A DNA stretch of 64,000 nt from Chiloscyllium plagiosum (lineage: Eukaryota), in the NCBI RefSeq assembly GCF_004010195.1, contig NC_057719.1, positions 53,625,282-53,689,281 of the forward strand. The letters run 5' to 3'. A program made the position numbers and the translations under genes. How positions within the stretch are numbered: the first letter of the stretch is position 1; each line of letters starts with the position of its first letter. Below, piece after piece: positions 51,380 to 63,464 of this stretch. Below the pieces are notes generated by a model. The model searched no databases. It had not been told where the DNA came from and saw nothing but the letters and a program-made list of their open reading frames with translations.

Positions 51380-52490
51380 ACAGAGAATGGGAAAACGTCA
51401 CTGCAATTCTCTCACAGGAAAATGGATATCCTGGTGGATAGGGTAGTGCAGAGCAGGACTATGCTCTTCCCACAAAACCAGCAGAGGAGTTTCCATCACC
51501 AGATCCTGACAGCCTAGTCTGAGATCATCACCTGAGTCAGTGCTATGTCTGCCATTCTGAGGAACAGCCAAAAGTGGCACAAGAAATTCAATGTTTTTTT
51601 TTCTGCTCCGTCTATATGTGCCACACTTCTCTCTCTTTGCTGCACTCTTCCGCTCTCTGATACTGTACTACCCTTCCATTAAGTCTCATCCTCTGAGAAG
51701 AGTTCTGAAGTCTCAGAGGAAGCATCAGCACAGCTGCCTCGTGCAGCCCCCACCAGCTCAGATATTAACACCTTGGTTGAGAACATTGCGAGCACAAGCT
51801 GGTGAACCCTTCATTGTGACAGCTCGGCAACTAGCCAAGATAGATAGACCCAAGACTGCTAGCATTGACAGGATAGTCAGAGACTGTTCAGACCATGGCA
51901 GGAAAGAATTATGGTGTTGGAAATCAAGGATTTCATTGAAATCCACAAGATCTTCAGGCAGGTATCTGGAAAACAATGACTTTACAATGTTGAGGCTTCA
52001 GGAGTGCAGCTCTGATGATTTCAAGCATGAATTCATCTGACTACCTCCTTTCATGGATGGTGGCTGCCTTGGAGAGGCAGGGAAAGTACTTTCATAGACT
52101 GCTGGATATGAACACAGACCTTCAACCCATTGCTCCAGCCACTGGTCTTCATTACCAAAAGCAATAGCGACAGGGAGATGGAGAACAAGGAGACAGGGCA
52201 GTGACAGGAGGCACCCAGCCTGAAGAGGAGCCCAATACAGATCCCTCAGATATCCGTTGTCTAGACACTCTGAAGGCGTCTGGGCCCACCACCTCCACTC
52301 TGACGACCTCTCTTCAAACTTTTGAAGTTCAAGCCTCTGAGTATCTAGGCAGTCCAGACATGAACACCTCCCAGGGTCATCCAACCAAAGCTCCAAGGCC
52401 AACGAGCTCTACCTTTGAGCAGGCTCCCTCCACTACATCTATGGAACATGGAACAACACAGAGACATTCTTAGAGGGCAAGAAAAAAATC
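51380..52490 (+). pseudogene. Decayed Myb/SANT-like gene (Harbinger ORF2 type)
   Basis: KTSLQFSHRKMDILVDRVVQSRTMLFPQNQQRSFHHQILTA*SEIIT*VSAMSAILRNSQKWHKKFN, then a low-complexity S/T/P-rich C-terminal region. Confidence 0.7.
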
Positions 52491-53007
52491 CTTTTGAAGG
52501 CCCTTTAGTGACATGGATGACATTGATTTCCCATGAATGTAAATGATTTAGCACCACATCTGCTTGATTGAATCTTTGTGTAGCCCTGTCTGTAACTGCC
52601 CCCATTATTCCAAAATTCATGACCACAGTATGCACATGGAGCAATGTCTATGTTGAGAGCCTATTGCAGAGTGTGTGGAAGAGAGATGAATAAGGTGTAT
52701 ACAGGACATGAGTCTGCTGGCACCATTGCCCTTCCAGGTTGCCTTTTTGATAGCTTTTTCTATGAACTCCATGGGCTTTGTATTTTCCCAGATATCCCCT
52801 GTCCCAAAACTCAGTGAAATGAGCATGCACCTGCCCACCATTACTCCTCCAGCCTCTGGTATACTAGGTGACCATGACAGGTGTAATCATGCACTGTTCT
52901 CTTCGTAGACAAATTCCCTTCCCACACCATTCATTGACACTTATGTTTTACTGTATCCTGCCTTAAAAATACACATAAAAACCGAATGAATTGTGTATGC
53001 TATAAAT

Positions 53008-53152
53008 CAGAAACAAAATCAGAATTTGCTGGGAAAACTCAGCAGGTCTGGCAGCATCTACGGAGAGAAATTAGAGTTAATGTTTCACGTCCCGTGACCC
53101 TTCTCAGAACTTCCTCAGACTTGCTGAACTTATCCAACAGCTTTTGTTTTTA
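53008..53152 (-). mobile_element. Penelope-terminus insertion with degenerate hammerhead and partial inverted arm
   Basis: Minus strand agttCTGAGAagggtcacgggacgtGAAAcattaact; flanked by tataaat on both sides. Confidence 0.65.
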
Positions 53153-53789
53153 TTATAAATACACATGTTGGTTTTCACAATTGCAGTCCCTCCTTCCCCA
53201 CTTTGATGTGGAACCATCAATCCTGAAGAATAAGTTCCCAAGTCTCCTTTCCATGGCAGGAGAATGCCCTTATTCTACCCACCATCTCCACAACCCACCT
53301 TTCCCAGTGTTTCTATGGACAAACCCAATAGACTATCCACCCCTTTGAGTGGCCTAACCAAACAGTTTCTGACAAGAAGTGCCCAGACCCTTAACTACTG
53401 TCTCTAAATCTTTCTGACAGTGTAAAACTAACTCTTAAACTGGTCACTGTGGAGCTACAGAACTGACCAACTCCCTGGACTACAAATTCTCATACACCTT
53501 GACCAATAATACTCAACCTGATGCCTGACCATGACAATTCACTGGATTGGAATGGGAAGTATCCTTTGACTCCTTGCCCTGGGACCTTGACTGGTGGAGA
53601 CCTCCATGGATTTCAGTGAGGACCAGTCTCCTAAGACTTTGAGACATGGTTGTCTGCTTGCTGCACATGCAATGTGTTTACCGCATTGCTGGCACATGGT
53701 GTAGATGTAAGACTGACAAATCACGGCGCACAACAGTGAGCTGCACACACGCTTGACTGAGAAGCACTGCCAGACAGCCAAGGTGCACA

Positions 53790-54035
53790 ACCCTGCATTT
53801 CCCGTGGCTAATCCACCTAGCCTATAAATCCCTGAATACTATGAACAATTTAGCATGATCAGTTCACTTAACCTGCACATCTTTGGACTGTGGGAGAAAA
53901 CCAAACCACTCGAAAGAAACCAACACAGACACAGGGAAAATGTGCAAACTCCACAGACAGTCACCCAAGGATAAAATTGAACCCAGGTCCTGGAACTTTG
54001 AGGCAGCAGTGTTTACTGCTGAGCCACCATGCCAC
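53790..54035 (-). mobile_element. Older V-SINE copy
   Basis: Minus strand ggcatggtggctcagc...tgtggagtttgcacattttccctgtgtctg...ctcccacagtccaaagatgtgcagg. Confidence 0.85.
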
Positions 54036-55659
54036 CTATTTCTGACCTGATTTAGAAACATGTGTACTGTCCTATTGAGATATCACATAGCCCGACCAGC
54101 TGATTGACATCCAGCTTCCAATTTGGACCACACTAGTTCATTGGATGATTTTTGCTGTTACTCACCAACAAACAAGCATTGAGCTTCAAGAGGGGCCTGA
54201 TATTTCTATTCCAATAAAGCCTCAGGCAGTCAACTTGCAGGTCAACTTTGAATCATCCATCTTATTTCAAAGTATTTGTAAGTAATCTGGAATGTTTCTT
54301 GAGATGTTATTGCGAGTTTTTTTTGACTTAGAAGCAAGTGTTGTTGCTTCCTCTCAAGGAAGGCAGAGAGTTTGGTGAGGACAGCAGTAATAATGTCTCT
54401 GGATCTGCAACACAAAGGGAACTGAATGTGCAGAGAGAAAATATCTCCATGACAAATTAAAGCTGGATTCCTCCACACTCCTTAGGTGACAGAAGTTATC
54501 TGGCTGGCCGTCAATATATTCAGCAATACAGTGTGACACTCATCAGTGTTCTTCTATATCACATACCATCAAGATCCTCATTAGAATCTCTTGTGGCAGG
54601 ACTAGTCTGTGACCTCTCACAGTGAGATGGCTCATGAGACATCCTGCAGCCCACTTATGTGTCAGTATGTGCCATGCACAACTTTATAATAGCCTTTAAG
54701 AGATGCACAGAGTCATTGTCAGTGCTGTTTCCCCGAGTGCTCAAATGATGGGGTATTTCATCAGTATAATCCGGTTAGTTTCCTCCTGCTGGTGCTCTTG
54801 TGACTGGGTAGACAGCAGCTGTTGGCACTTTGAAAGGAGAAAATTACGAGGGTAAGATTTGTGACAGGAAAGAGGCTGAAATGGAAAGTAAAGACAAACG
54901 GTGACACCATCAATGATATTAGTAACGCTAGGTAGTAAAATGAGGATGAGCTAGAAGCTGAGGAGGGTGTAAAGTGGGAATATACCCCTTGAGGATTGCA
55001 CTTAAGTGATGTGCAAAGATACAACCCACAAGTTTCTACATGTGAACATGAATGTTTAGCAAAATGCTTCAAAATATGTGCAGCCTCATGCTTAGTTGGG
55101 TTTCTGCAGCCACACCCACAGATTTTACTGACAGAACACAATGAACAGTTGACAGAAATACATAACAATTAAACGCAACATCTCCACCCACCGTAAAAGT
55201 TATTGTCCTTATTTTAAATTAAACCATTCTAAACAACAAACGTTAACTTTTAAGTAATTTCTCAGAGTCCAAAGTGACCATTTTCTCTTAATACAGAAAT
55301 AATCTTTGACATGTGATTGCCACTGATGCTACAAATTTGAGGTTGTTGTTACAGGTGAAATCCTTAGAAAAGAGTGCATCAGAAAATGAAATGGGCATTA
55401 AAACGGTTGCATTGGTATAAGTGAATGTGTTTTCTTGGAACTCACTAGAAAGAGAGAGAAAATCTCCCTTGATTACAGATGAAGAGAATCAGACCACTGG
55501 AAATTTGAATATTTTATTTCAAAGTGAAGGTACTTTCTTATTCTTTTAATAAAGGAAGCAAACCAATGAAGATATTGACAGATACAGGAACCTATTAGTC
55601 ACTAATAACACAGCTTATCTTCTAGAGGAGCTAATGAAGGAAAAAAGTATTAATTATGG

Positions 55660-55753
55660 TAATAACAGAAATTCTGAAGAGTTTCAGCAAGTCTGGCAGC
55701 AGTGGTGGAGACAGAAACAGAATTTTGAGTCCGATATGACTCTTCATCAGAAT
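55660..55753 (-). mobile_element. Penelope-terminus fragment with degenerate hammerhead
   Basis: Minus strand attCTGATGAaGAGTC(atatcg)GACTCaaaa. Confidence 0.65.
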
Positions 55754-56486
55754 ATTTCCAACATATGTAGTCTATCAATTTTATCTAATTATACAGGGCT
55801 GGATTAAAATGTGACGTTGACAGTGGAGAAGTTATGGTTGGATTGGTGCAGCAATTTCCGATCAGAGAAATTGATTTTATCATGCAGAATGAACTGGGTG
55901 ATTCGAAAACATTGGGCCTGTTGAAGGTGATGAGAAAAGCAATATAGTAAAAGAAACTGAGATGTTACGGATGAAAGATTTGGATTGTACCCTAACGAGA
56001 TCTCAACCTCATAGAATTTAGACAGGAAAAGGAACTATCTAATACTATCTTCAAAAATGTAAGTAAAAGATGTGAAGGATAGGAGAATGGAGTTGACCTG
56101 AGTATGTGAATATTCTTCAATAGAAATGGAATAGATCAATCCTGAAATGAGAATGCTGTGTCCAACAGCTAACTCAATAATCGAATAAAAACCAGTTCAT
56201 GAATGCTATTATTTAAAAGACAAAATGTTAATGATGCAATGGAGATCAGTTCAAATATCATCAAATAAAGAAAGGGCATCAGATTGTTCTATTTGAGTAT
56301 TGTAACAGTCTTTTATAAGTGGCTCATGAAATTTCAAAGACAGGTCACTTAGGTATTAATAATATTCTGGGTGGAAGTATTAAAAAAAATTGTCTAGAAA
56401 GATACAAAATTATGGTGAAATTTTGAGAGACATGCCATACAATTCAAATAGTAGCAAAACCTAAATCCCCACTTAAACTTATGCTG

Positions 56487-56529
56487 TCAACTCCAATACT
56501 AATTTTCAATGAATTAGTATTGGAGTTGA
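56487..56529. repeat. Perfect 18-bp inverted repeat with 7-nt loop
   Basis: tcaactccaatactaatt (56487-56504) / aattagtattggagttga (56512-56529). Confidence 0.95.
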
Positions 56530-56846
56530 TCCCAGGTGGGATCTTAATATATTGTGTAAGATCCTTACCTAATACCAGAAGTGAGCTCTTCAGCTACAGT
56601 CAGATTTGGTCTTAGTCTGTGCTCTCCTGACTTGCCACTGTTAGTTCACTTTTAAAGGTCCATGTCAATGGATAAATTAGCCAGGAGGCTAACATGACAT
56701 TTAATGATCTCTGCAAAGCACCAACAGAACAGGAGACTGCAATTCACTTCTTCAGAATTATCTTGACCAGCCAAAATCTAAACTCACTAAGAAAGTTTGT
56801 GCTGATATAATTCACGGTGTCAAAGAGAAGGACCCTTAACCTTCAG

Positions 56847-57067
56847 GCATCAGCAAACCTGTCCCTCAACATCAGGCTTGATACTGATGGGTATGCCCCA
56901 TCAAGACCCTATCACAACAAGAAAGACTCCTTGTGGTGGAGGTTCTAAAACCTGAAATAATTTACAAATAAGGATCCACAACTGACTGACATGGTACATT
57001 TGAAATTGTGACACAAATTATCTCCATCAGTATTGAGCCTGATGTAGAGGGATAGGTTTGCTGATGC
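56847..57067. repeat. 44-bp inverted repeat (4 mismatches), 133-nt spacer
   Basis: Arms at 56847-56890 and 57024-57067. Confidence 0.9.
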
Positions 57068-57619
57068 TTAAATGTCTATAGAAAACATGAAATAAAATAT
57101 TTTTTGAAAAAATACAGAAATAGGAAGTTTTCAATCATTATGGTAGTTGGAACAAGGTTTCCTGAAATAATGCCTTTGGAGAAAACTATAGCACAATAGT
57201 TGTCCAGAAGTTAGATGATTCTTTTGTTCCAAGAAATGGATTATTCAAAGAAAAAAGAAATCAGGCAAAGGATCACATTTTATGTCTCAATTATTTATAG
57301 AGCAAATGAATAGTTTGGCATTAGAACAATTCACATCTTTAGCTCATTGGAAAGAAAACATCAAAATATAAAACCCATGATTCGAGCTTATTTTTAAGAC
57401 TATCCTAATGATTGGGCAAAAAAGAATTATCTTATTACTGTTTGGCTTTAGGAATTCCCAAGTGATTCCACAGAATTCAATCTTTTTTGAACTGATATCT
57501 GGGAATAAGGAGAGAGGATCCATTAAATTAATTAGCGAAAACAGAAATCAAAGCTCAAAGACATTACGGAGATTCTCCCAATGCCAGAATGACATGGGGT
57601 ATGGTGAGAAGTTTTCAAT

Positions 57620-59100
57620 ATATTCAGGGGATATATGTGTCTCTGGCTGGGCCAGTATCTAGTTGCCATTGAAAATATGGTGGTAAGCTGTAATCTTGAA
57701 CTGCTACAGTCCAGTTGTTAAAGGGACATCCACAATCCTGTTCGGGAATGAATTCCAGGAATGCAAAACTCAAGGAGTAGTGATACGTTTCCAAGTCAGG
57801 ACGGTGAGGCACCTGGAGGGTAACTTGCAGGTATCAGGTGCCTTTGCTCTTTTGGATGGTAGTGGTCATGGCTTTGGAAAGTACTGTTTAAGGCTTATTA
57901 ATAAATTTCTATACTACATCTTACACACAGTATGGCTGCTAAGCATCATTGGAGAAGGGAATTAATGTTTAAGCATATCATCCCAATCAAATGGGCTGCT
58001 TTGTCTGGAATGCTGTCAACTTTCTTAAGTGTTGTTAGAGTTGCAAACATCCATTCAAGTGGGGAGTATTCCATTACTCTTCTGACTTTTGTCTCACAGT
58101 TAGTGGACAGGCCTAGGGAAGTCAGAAGGTGAGTTACCTACTGTTGGATTCCTAGACTATGACCTGCTCTTGTAGCCATAGCATTTATACGGTAAGCCAA
58201 GTTCAGTATCTGGTCAATGGTAAACACCCAAATTTATTTAGGGGGCATTGAGTAAAGGTACTGAGTTTCAAGAGACAGAGGTTAGATTGTCTCCTGTTGG
58301 AGATGGTTGTAGATTGCATGGCACTGTGTGACACTAGTGTTACTTGTCATTTGTCAGTCCAAGCCTGGATATTGTCCTGGTCTTGTTGCATTTGGACTTG
58401 GAGTGCTTCAGTAACTGACAGGTCACAAACAGTATTGAGCATTGTGTACTCATAAATGAACATCCCCTTTCTGATGGAGGGAAACTCATTGAAAAAATCT
58501 TTGGAAGATACTTGGGCCTAGGATACTACCTGAGGAACTGCTGCAGAGCTTGAAGCTGAGGTGATTGATGGTCAGGAACTATTATGCTCCTATGAGCCAA
58601 GTTTAACTCCAAGCATTGGAGACTTTGCCCTGACTCCTATTGACTCCAGTTTTGCTCAATGTCCTTTGTACCATACTTGGTCAAATGCATGTCAAAGTCA
58701 GTCTCTGTTACCTCACCACTGGAAATCACATTTTTTGCTCAGGTTTGGAATGAGGTCGTAAATGAGATTATAAGCTGAGCGTTCCTGGCAGAACTCAAAC
58801 TGAGAGTCAGTGAGGAGGCTATTGCTTACACAAATGTTAATGACACATTCTTGTACTTTTTAAACCTATTTTCTCAATCAACCTGCTCAATGATGTTATT
58901 ACACACCTCTGGAACAGTTAGGACTTGAATCTGGGCCTCCTGACTCAGAGATAGGGATACTACCACCGTGCCACAGTAACACCCCCTGCAACCTTCCATA
59001 CTTTACTGATAAGGGAGAGTTGTCTGATGGGACGATAATTGTCCAGTTTGGATTTGTCCTGTTTCTTTTGCACAGGTCATATTAGGACAATTTTCCACGA
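57620..59100 (-). mobile_element. Second LINE family, 3' half, old copy
   Basis: Reverse complement parallels 32620-33530 and 41230-41850. Confidence 0.75.
58865..58987 (-). mobile_element. Short tRNA-derived SINE head
   Basis: Minus strand tgtggcacggtggtagtatccc...ggcccagattcaagtcc (A/B-box-like). Confidence 0.6.
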
Positions 59101-60201
59101 TCGTGTGGGGAGGTGGCCATGATCAGTCCGGCATGTGTGATGCAACCAGTCAGGGAATGAGTAGTAGGTTGCTGGAAGACTACACCGAGGTCCAGTCACT
59201 AATCAGTCCTGGCTATCCTTGCAAGTTAGTCAAGAATCTGGCCATGTTTAGACTTGGTGGTCTGTTTACCCTAAAGTTAATACAGGTTGCTGCAATCTGT
59301 GGTCAGGCAATCAAATTTCCTCATTATTTGCCCACTTCATTTAATCTATCAAGGTCTCAGGTATTAAAATCAGATGGTAGGAGGTGAACACCAAGAGTCC
59401 ATGTTTGCAATTATCATAACAATTGCAGTAATGATAATTAGGGGCAGCATTCTGAAATTTACTGCAGACTCTTTGACAGCTTCGGTTTAAGAGCAGAAAT
59501 CTGGCCATGCCAAATGCTGAGTGCAGACCAAAGCCAGCAGCATGCCAACCCTTGACTGAATGCTACAATCATGTTAATTAGATGATAGCGCCAAATTTAT
59601 GTGCTGCCTCCCTTCACCATAATTGATCTGGACAAGTCAGAAATCACATCCATCAAATACAAAGAAATGGCACAGACCATATTCTAGCCCTAGAGATTTA
59701 TGCACTTCCATGTTTAAAATACTCCTATTAATTATCACTTAACTATTACATTTTACTAACTATAAGAAAATATTACCTCAGTTTAAAAGTGTTGATTACT
59801 GTCTATTTTTGTTACAATTCTGTTAAATCGGGTGTGATATAAATATTTGCAAATTAGTCCCTTTTAAGGTTTTCTTCATTTATTAGCTTTCTGTTCAAAT
59901 CGATTCTGCATGCAATGGTATTCAGCTTCACTGGGTCAGACTATATATTAAAAACACAAGTTTTAAAATATGTGTATTTATCTGCAAATGAACAATCATA
60001 TTTTATCCTGATTTGCACTGAAGGAGTAACTATTTAAATGAATGATTATCACTTAAGGCATTAACTTCTTCCACAGTAGATTAGCTCTCATGTTGTTTAA
60101 TAAGAGTGACATATATCCACAAGGGTGCACAATTGAGATGACAAAATTGCAGCACATACTTGGGTTAACAGTAAGACAGAGATAAGACAACAGTAGGAGA
60201 C

Positions 60202-60235
60202 ATATATTATATATATATATACACACATATATATA
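60202..60235. repeat. (TA)n/(CA)n microsatellite
   Basis: atatattatatatatatatacacacatatatata. Confidence 0.85.
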
Positions 60236-60739
60236 GTGTGCAATATTTACATAATGAGAGTTTCTGGAATGCATTCAGTAATTATCACTAAATATTTAAT
60301 ACAAAGACAGAATTTCTAAATAGAGAAAATCAGTTCAGTTTATTGAACATTGAACAGAACGCAAACTACATGAACAAAGTCTGCTAGCATTTCCACAGAT
60401 GTTCCAGTTCATTGCCTTTGAAAAGGTAAGTGGATGTAACATAGTTTGGATAAATGTAATTTTTGTTGCATTTCATGAGGGCTTCTTTCCGAGAGGCATA
60501 GTGTGTTTACCTGTGCAACTGTCCCAAACTCACCTCGTTATATACCTCCCAGACCTCTACAGTGTCTGTCTTGTTCAATGCTGGTTCTCCCATTTTGCAT
60601 AGCAGGAACTACTCATTATTGGCTGGATGACCTGGAATAAACCAACATCGCAGGTACCTGCAACATGATAAAGCATTGTTGTGCGTGTGGCCAGGCACTG
60701 GCAGTTCCAATCTACCCTGCACAGCTTGATTTATTTGCT

Positions 60740-62640
60740 TTGAACGTGGCAGAAAAAGGGAAATTGGTGCTTGGTTCCTCAGACAGGAACCCAGAAGTCC
60801 TGGTAGAAATGGTGGTGAAGGAGAGGGACATTCTTTTCCCTGGGCACTGCCAGAGGAGGCCATGCCACCAAACCCTGCCAGCTAGACAAAGGGTGCCACC
60901 AGGTTAATGCAGAATCAGCAGTCTGGAGGAACATTCTGCGGTCCTGCAAGAAAGTCAATTACCTCCTGAACTTTGCCAAGTGGCAAGTGCCACCATCTCC
61001 ATTCTGCAACCTCACACTCCCTCTTTCTCTGCTACTGTGTCCACCTCCCATCAAGATTCATTCTCTGCCACCCTCACTATAATATACATTACCTTCCTTT
61101 ACTCACTCTGACCCACCCCAAACTCTCTACATTACTAATCCTGTATTCCCTCAGTGCTACCTACTCTCTCACTTGGGGCACCTCACTGCTCTTTTCCCAC
61201 CTGCACCAGCATAACAGACGTGCCACCCATGTTTATTTCAATCTTTTTCCCCTTCTCTCACTCCTGGATAAAATAAAGCCAAGATAGCCAATACAGGTGG
61301 AAGTGTGCCTGACATTTTAAACTTTCAAATTGAGATAAGGAGAAATTTCCTTAGTCAGAGAGTGGTGATTTTGTGGAACCCATTGCCACAGAAGGCTATG
61401 GAGGTAAAGTCATTGAGTATCTTTGAGACAGAGATAGATCGGTTCTTAAAAGCCAGAGAACTGCAGGTGCTACATAACTGAAACAAAAACGGAAATTGCT
61501 GGAAAAGCTCAGCAGGTCTGGCAGCATCTGTGAAGAGAAATCAGAGTTAACATGTTGGGTTGAGTGACCCTTCCTCAGAACTGTGGCTTGATGTAATAGG
61601 GGGAATCAAAGGTTATTGGGAGAAGGCAGGAGAATGGGATTGAGACATATCAGGCTTGATCAAATGTGGAGAAGACCCAATGGGCTGAATGGTCTATTTC
61701 TGCTTTCTGCTTCAATATGGTCTCATGGTTTTGTGACATTCAGCTCCTCAGCCACTATGTTGGTCTTCATCAATGAGGACCAGGACAGCTTCTGTGAAGA
61801 GGCTGAAACATTCATGATCCAGTAACCAAGTAAGAACCACCATTGTGATGCTGGCGTCCCCATTACCCCCAATCTACATTTAATGTCAAAATGTGATAAA
61901 TTCTACCCCTTGGCCATGGCATTCTTCCTTTTGTGTCTAATAGGAACAAGCAACATGGGTCCTGTGATCAAGAGGAGACTGTTCTCCACCTTCGAGGATG
62001 CCTTAGAAGAATCATTGGCACACCTGCCTCCTGTACCCCATCACTAGCTCCAGTACTGACACTTCAATGGATATTTTATTCCAAATTGGAGTTAAGAGCA
62101 ACTACTGGGAAGGACATCACTGCCATTCCTTATAGCTGGTCAAGGATGAAATGCTCCAGGTTACTGGGACTCAAAGTACCTCCAGAGACTTTCTCAGCCC
62201 CGGGCAGAAGGAGACCTCATGGTGTTGCCAATCAAGGACTTCATCAGAATGCAGAAGCAGATATCACAGCAGTAGGCAGGCTCTCGAAGGCAAACTGACA
62301 CAGAGGTTGCAGGACTACACCATGATTCCTCTGGCGTGCGATCTTCTAGCTGCCTCCAGGTACAGATTGGCAGCTGCTATGGGGAAGCAGGTCCAGCAGA
62401 CCCTGTCATTATTGGACATTTGCACAATTCATCACCTTAGGCTTCAAATCTCTGCACAAACAGCAAGGGGACAGGGGTACAAGCGTACAACTCTCCAGGT
62501 CCCGGTCCTCACACAGAGATAGGGAGGTACCAGTAGGCACTCAGCAGAGGTCGAGGTCCCTCAGGAGTCTCTTCACAGGTCACTGCAAAGGCAGTCATGT
62601 CTTCCACCTCCATCCTGCCTGCCACCTTTTGAAGACACAC
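60740..62640 (+). pseudogene. Decayed multi-exon Myb/SANT-like gene (Harbinger ORF2 type), interrupted by CR1 and Penelope fragments
   Basis: SSDRNPEVLVEMVVKERDILFPGHCQRRPCHQTLPA / VNAESAVWRNILRSCKKVNYLLNFAK; second block KIANTGGSVPDI; donor CCAA|gtaaga near 61830; acceptor cttttgtgtctaatag near 61942. Confidence 0.68.
61318..61733 (+). mobile_element. Old CR1 3' fragment containing a Penelope terminus (61450-61583, minus) with degenerate hammerhead
   Basis: gagataaggagaaatttccttagtcagagagtggtg; flanked by tgacatt on both sides; minus strand agttCTGAGGAagggtcactcaacccaacatgttaact. Confidence 0.7.
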
Positions 62641-63274
62641 TGTTCACATGGGTGACACAACATTAGAAACAGTTCTCCACATCTGTGAACTTATGTGAAC
62701 CTTTCACAATCAGCTGTGTCTGCTAGTCTCTGTGTAGCTGCAAATACAGCATTGCAGATTCTTTCTCCAGTCCAAGGCTTGGTGAGCTACTACTCCACTA
62801 TGCACAGGTAATCACAGTTTAAGGTAAACTTCGTAATCAAGCTGCAGTGATGTGAATGCAAAGATATTGCTATTGCTTCACAGGCACTAACGGTTACACT
62901 CATTATCCTGCATGGAATGATTTAGGGTGTTTGGGGCAATTAGTTTCATTGTGTACAGTACATTGATGCCTATGGGTCATACAGAATGCAAAACTCATAG
63001 GTGTATTTGACTTTCAGTTTGACCAAAGGGATGATAAGAAGATTAAGACCCACGTCGTGGGTCACCACTTACGGCACCATCTTAGATACAAAGATACCTA
63101 GGTGCAGATTCTTATCCAGCATTATGGACGTTTGCACTGTCTTATGTACAGAAGTACAAAATCAAAGGAATAAATCAGAAAAATAAAGAAATAAAAAGTT
63201 CAGAACAACAGACCATCCAACCCACTCCGTGCTGACCCTCACCTCCATACCACGCCAGGCTTCACCTCGACACT

Positions 63275-63461
63275 CTCAAGGCCAGGAGTCTGCTCTGGAT
63301 TTACCTCAAGGCCGCGAGTCCGCTCTGGATTTACTTCAAGGCAGGGGGTCCGCTCTGGATTTACCTCAAGGCCAGGAGTCTGGTCTGGATTTACCTCAGG
63401 GCCGGGAGTCTGGTCTGGATTTACCTCAAGGCCAGGAGTCTGCACTGGTTATAACTCAAGG
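63275..63461. repeat. 30-bp minisatellite, about 6 copies
   Basis: Unit ctcaaggccaggagtctgctctggatttac. Confidence 0.95.
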
Positions 63462-63464
63462 CTC

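Larger units (their letters stand above)
55500..57560 (+). mobile_element. Decayed Ty3/Gypsy LTR-retrotransposon pol relic with protease-integrase order (Gmr1-like)
   Basis: Protease KPMKILTDTG (DTG at 55581-55589) and SGEVMVGLVQQFPIREIDFIMQNELG; integrase Zn finger VAHEISKTGHLG...ETCHTIQIVAKP; core TRFPEIMPL...GSHFMSQLF...ERKHQNIKPMIRAY...DW...LLLFGFR...FELISG. No RT lies between them. Confidence 0.8.

Noticed and set aside
54480..54720. Harbinger DDE transposase remnant on minus (ILMVCDIEEH..SHCIAEYIDGQPDNF)
   Set aside because: Only a faint resemblance to the VCD...PGS.HD motif, with stops; it needs an HMM search before it can be called.
60399..60425. 27-nt plus-strand micro-exon (tttccacag|...AAG|gtaagt); a similar one lies near 47966-47992
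   Set aside because: Good splice signals, but too short to tell from chance without RNA evidence, and on the opposite strand to the other candidates.
63275..63461. CRISPR-like array
   Set aside because: Head-to-tail repeats with no unique spacers, no cas genes, and a vertebrate context.
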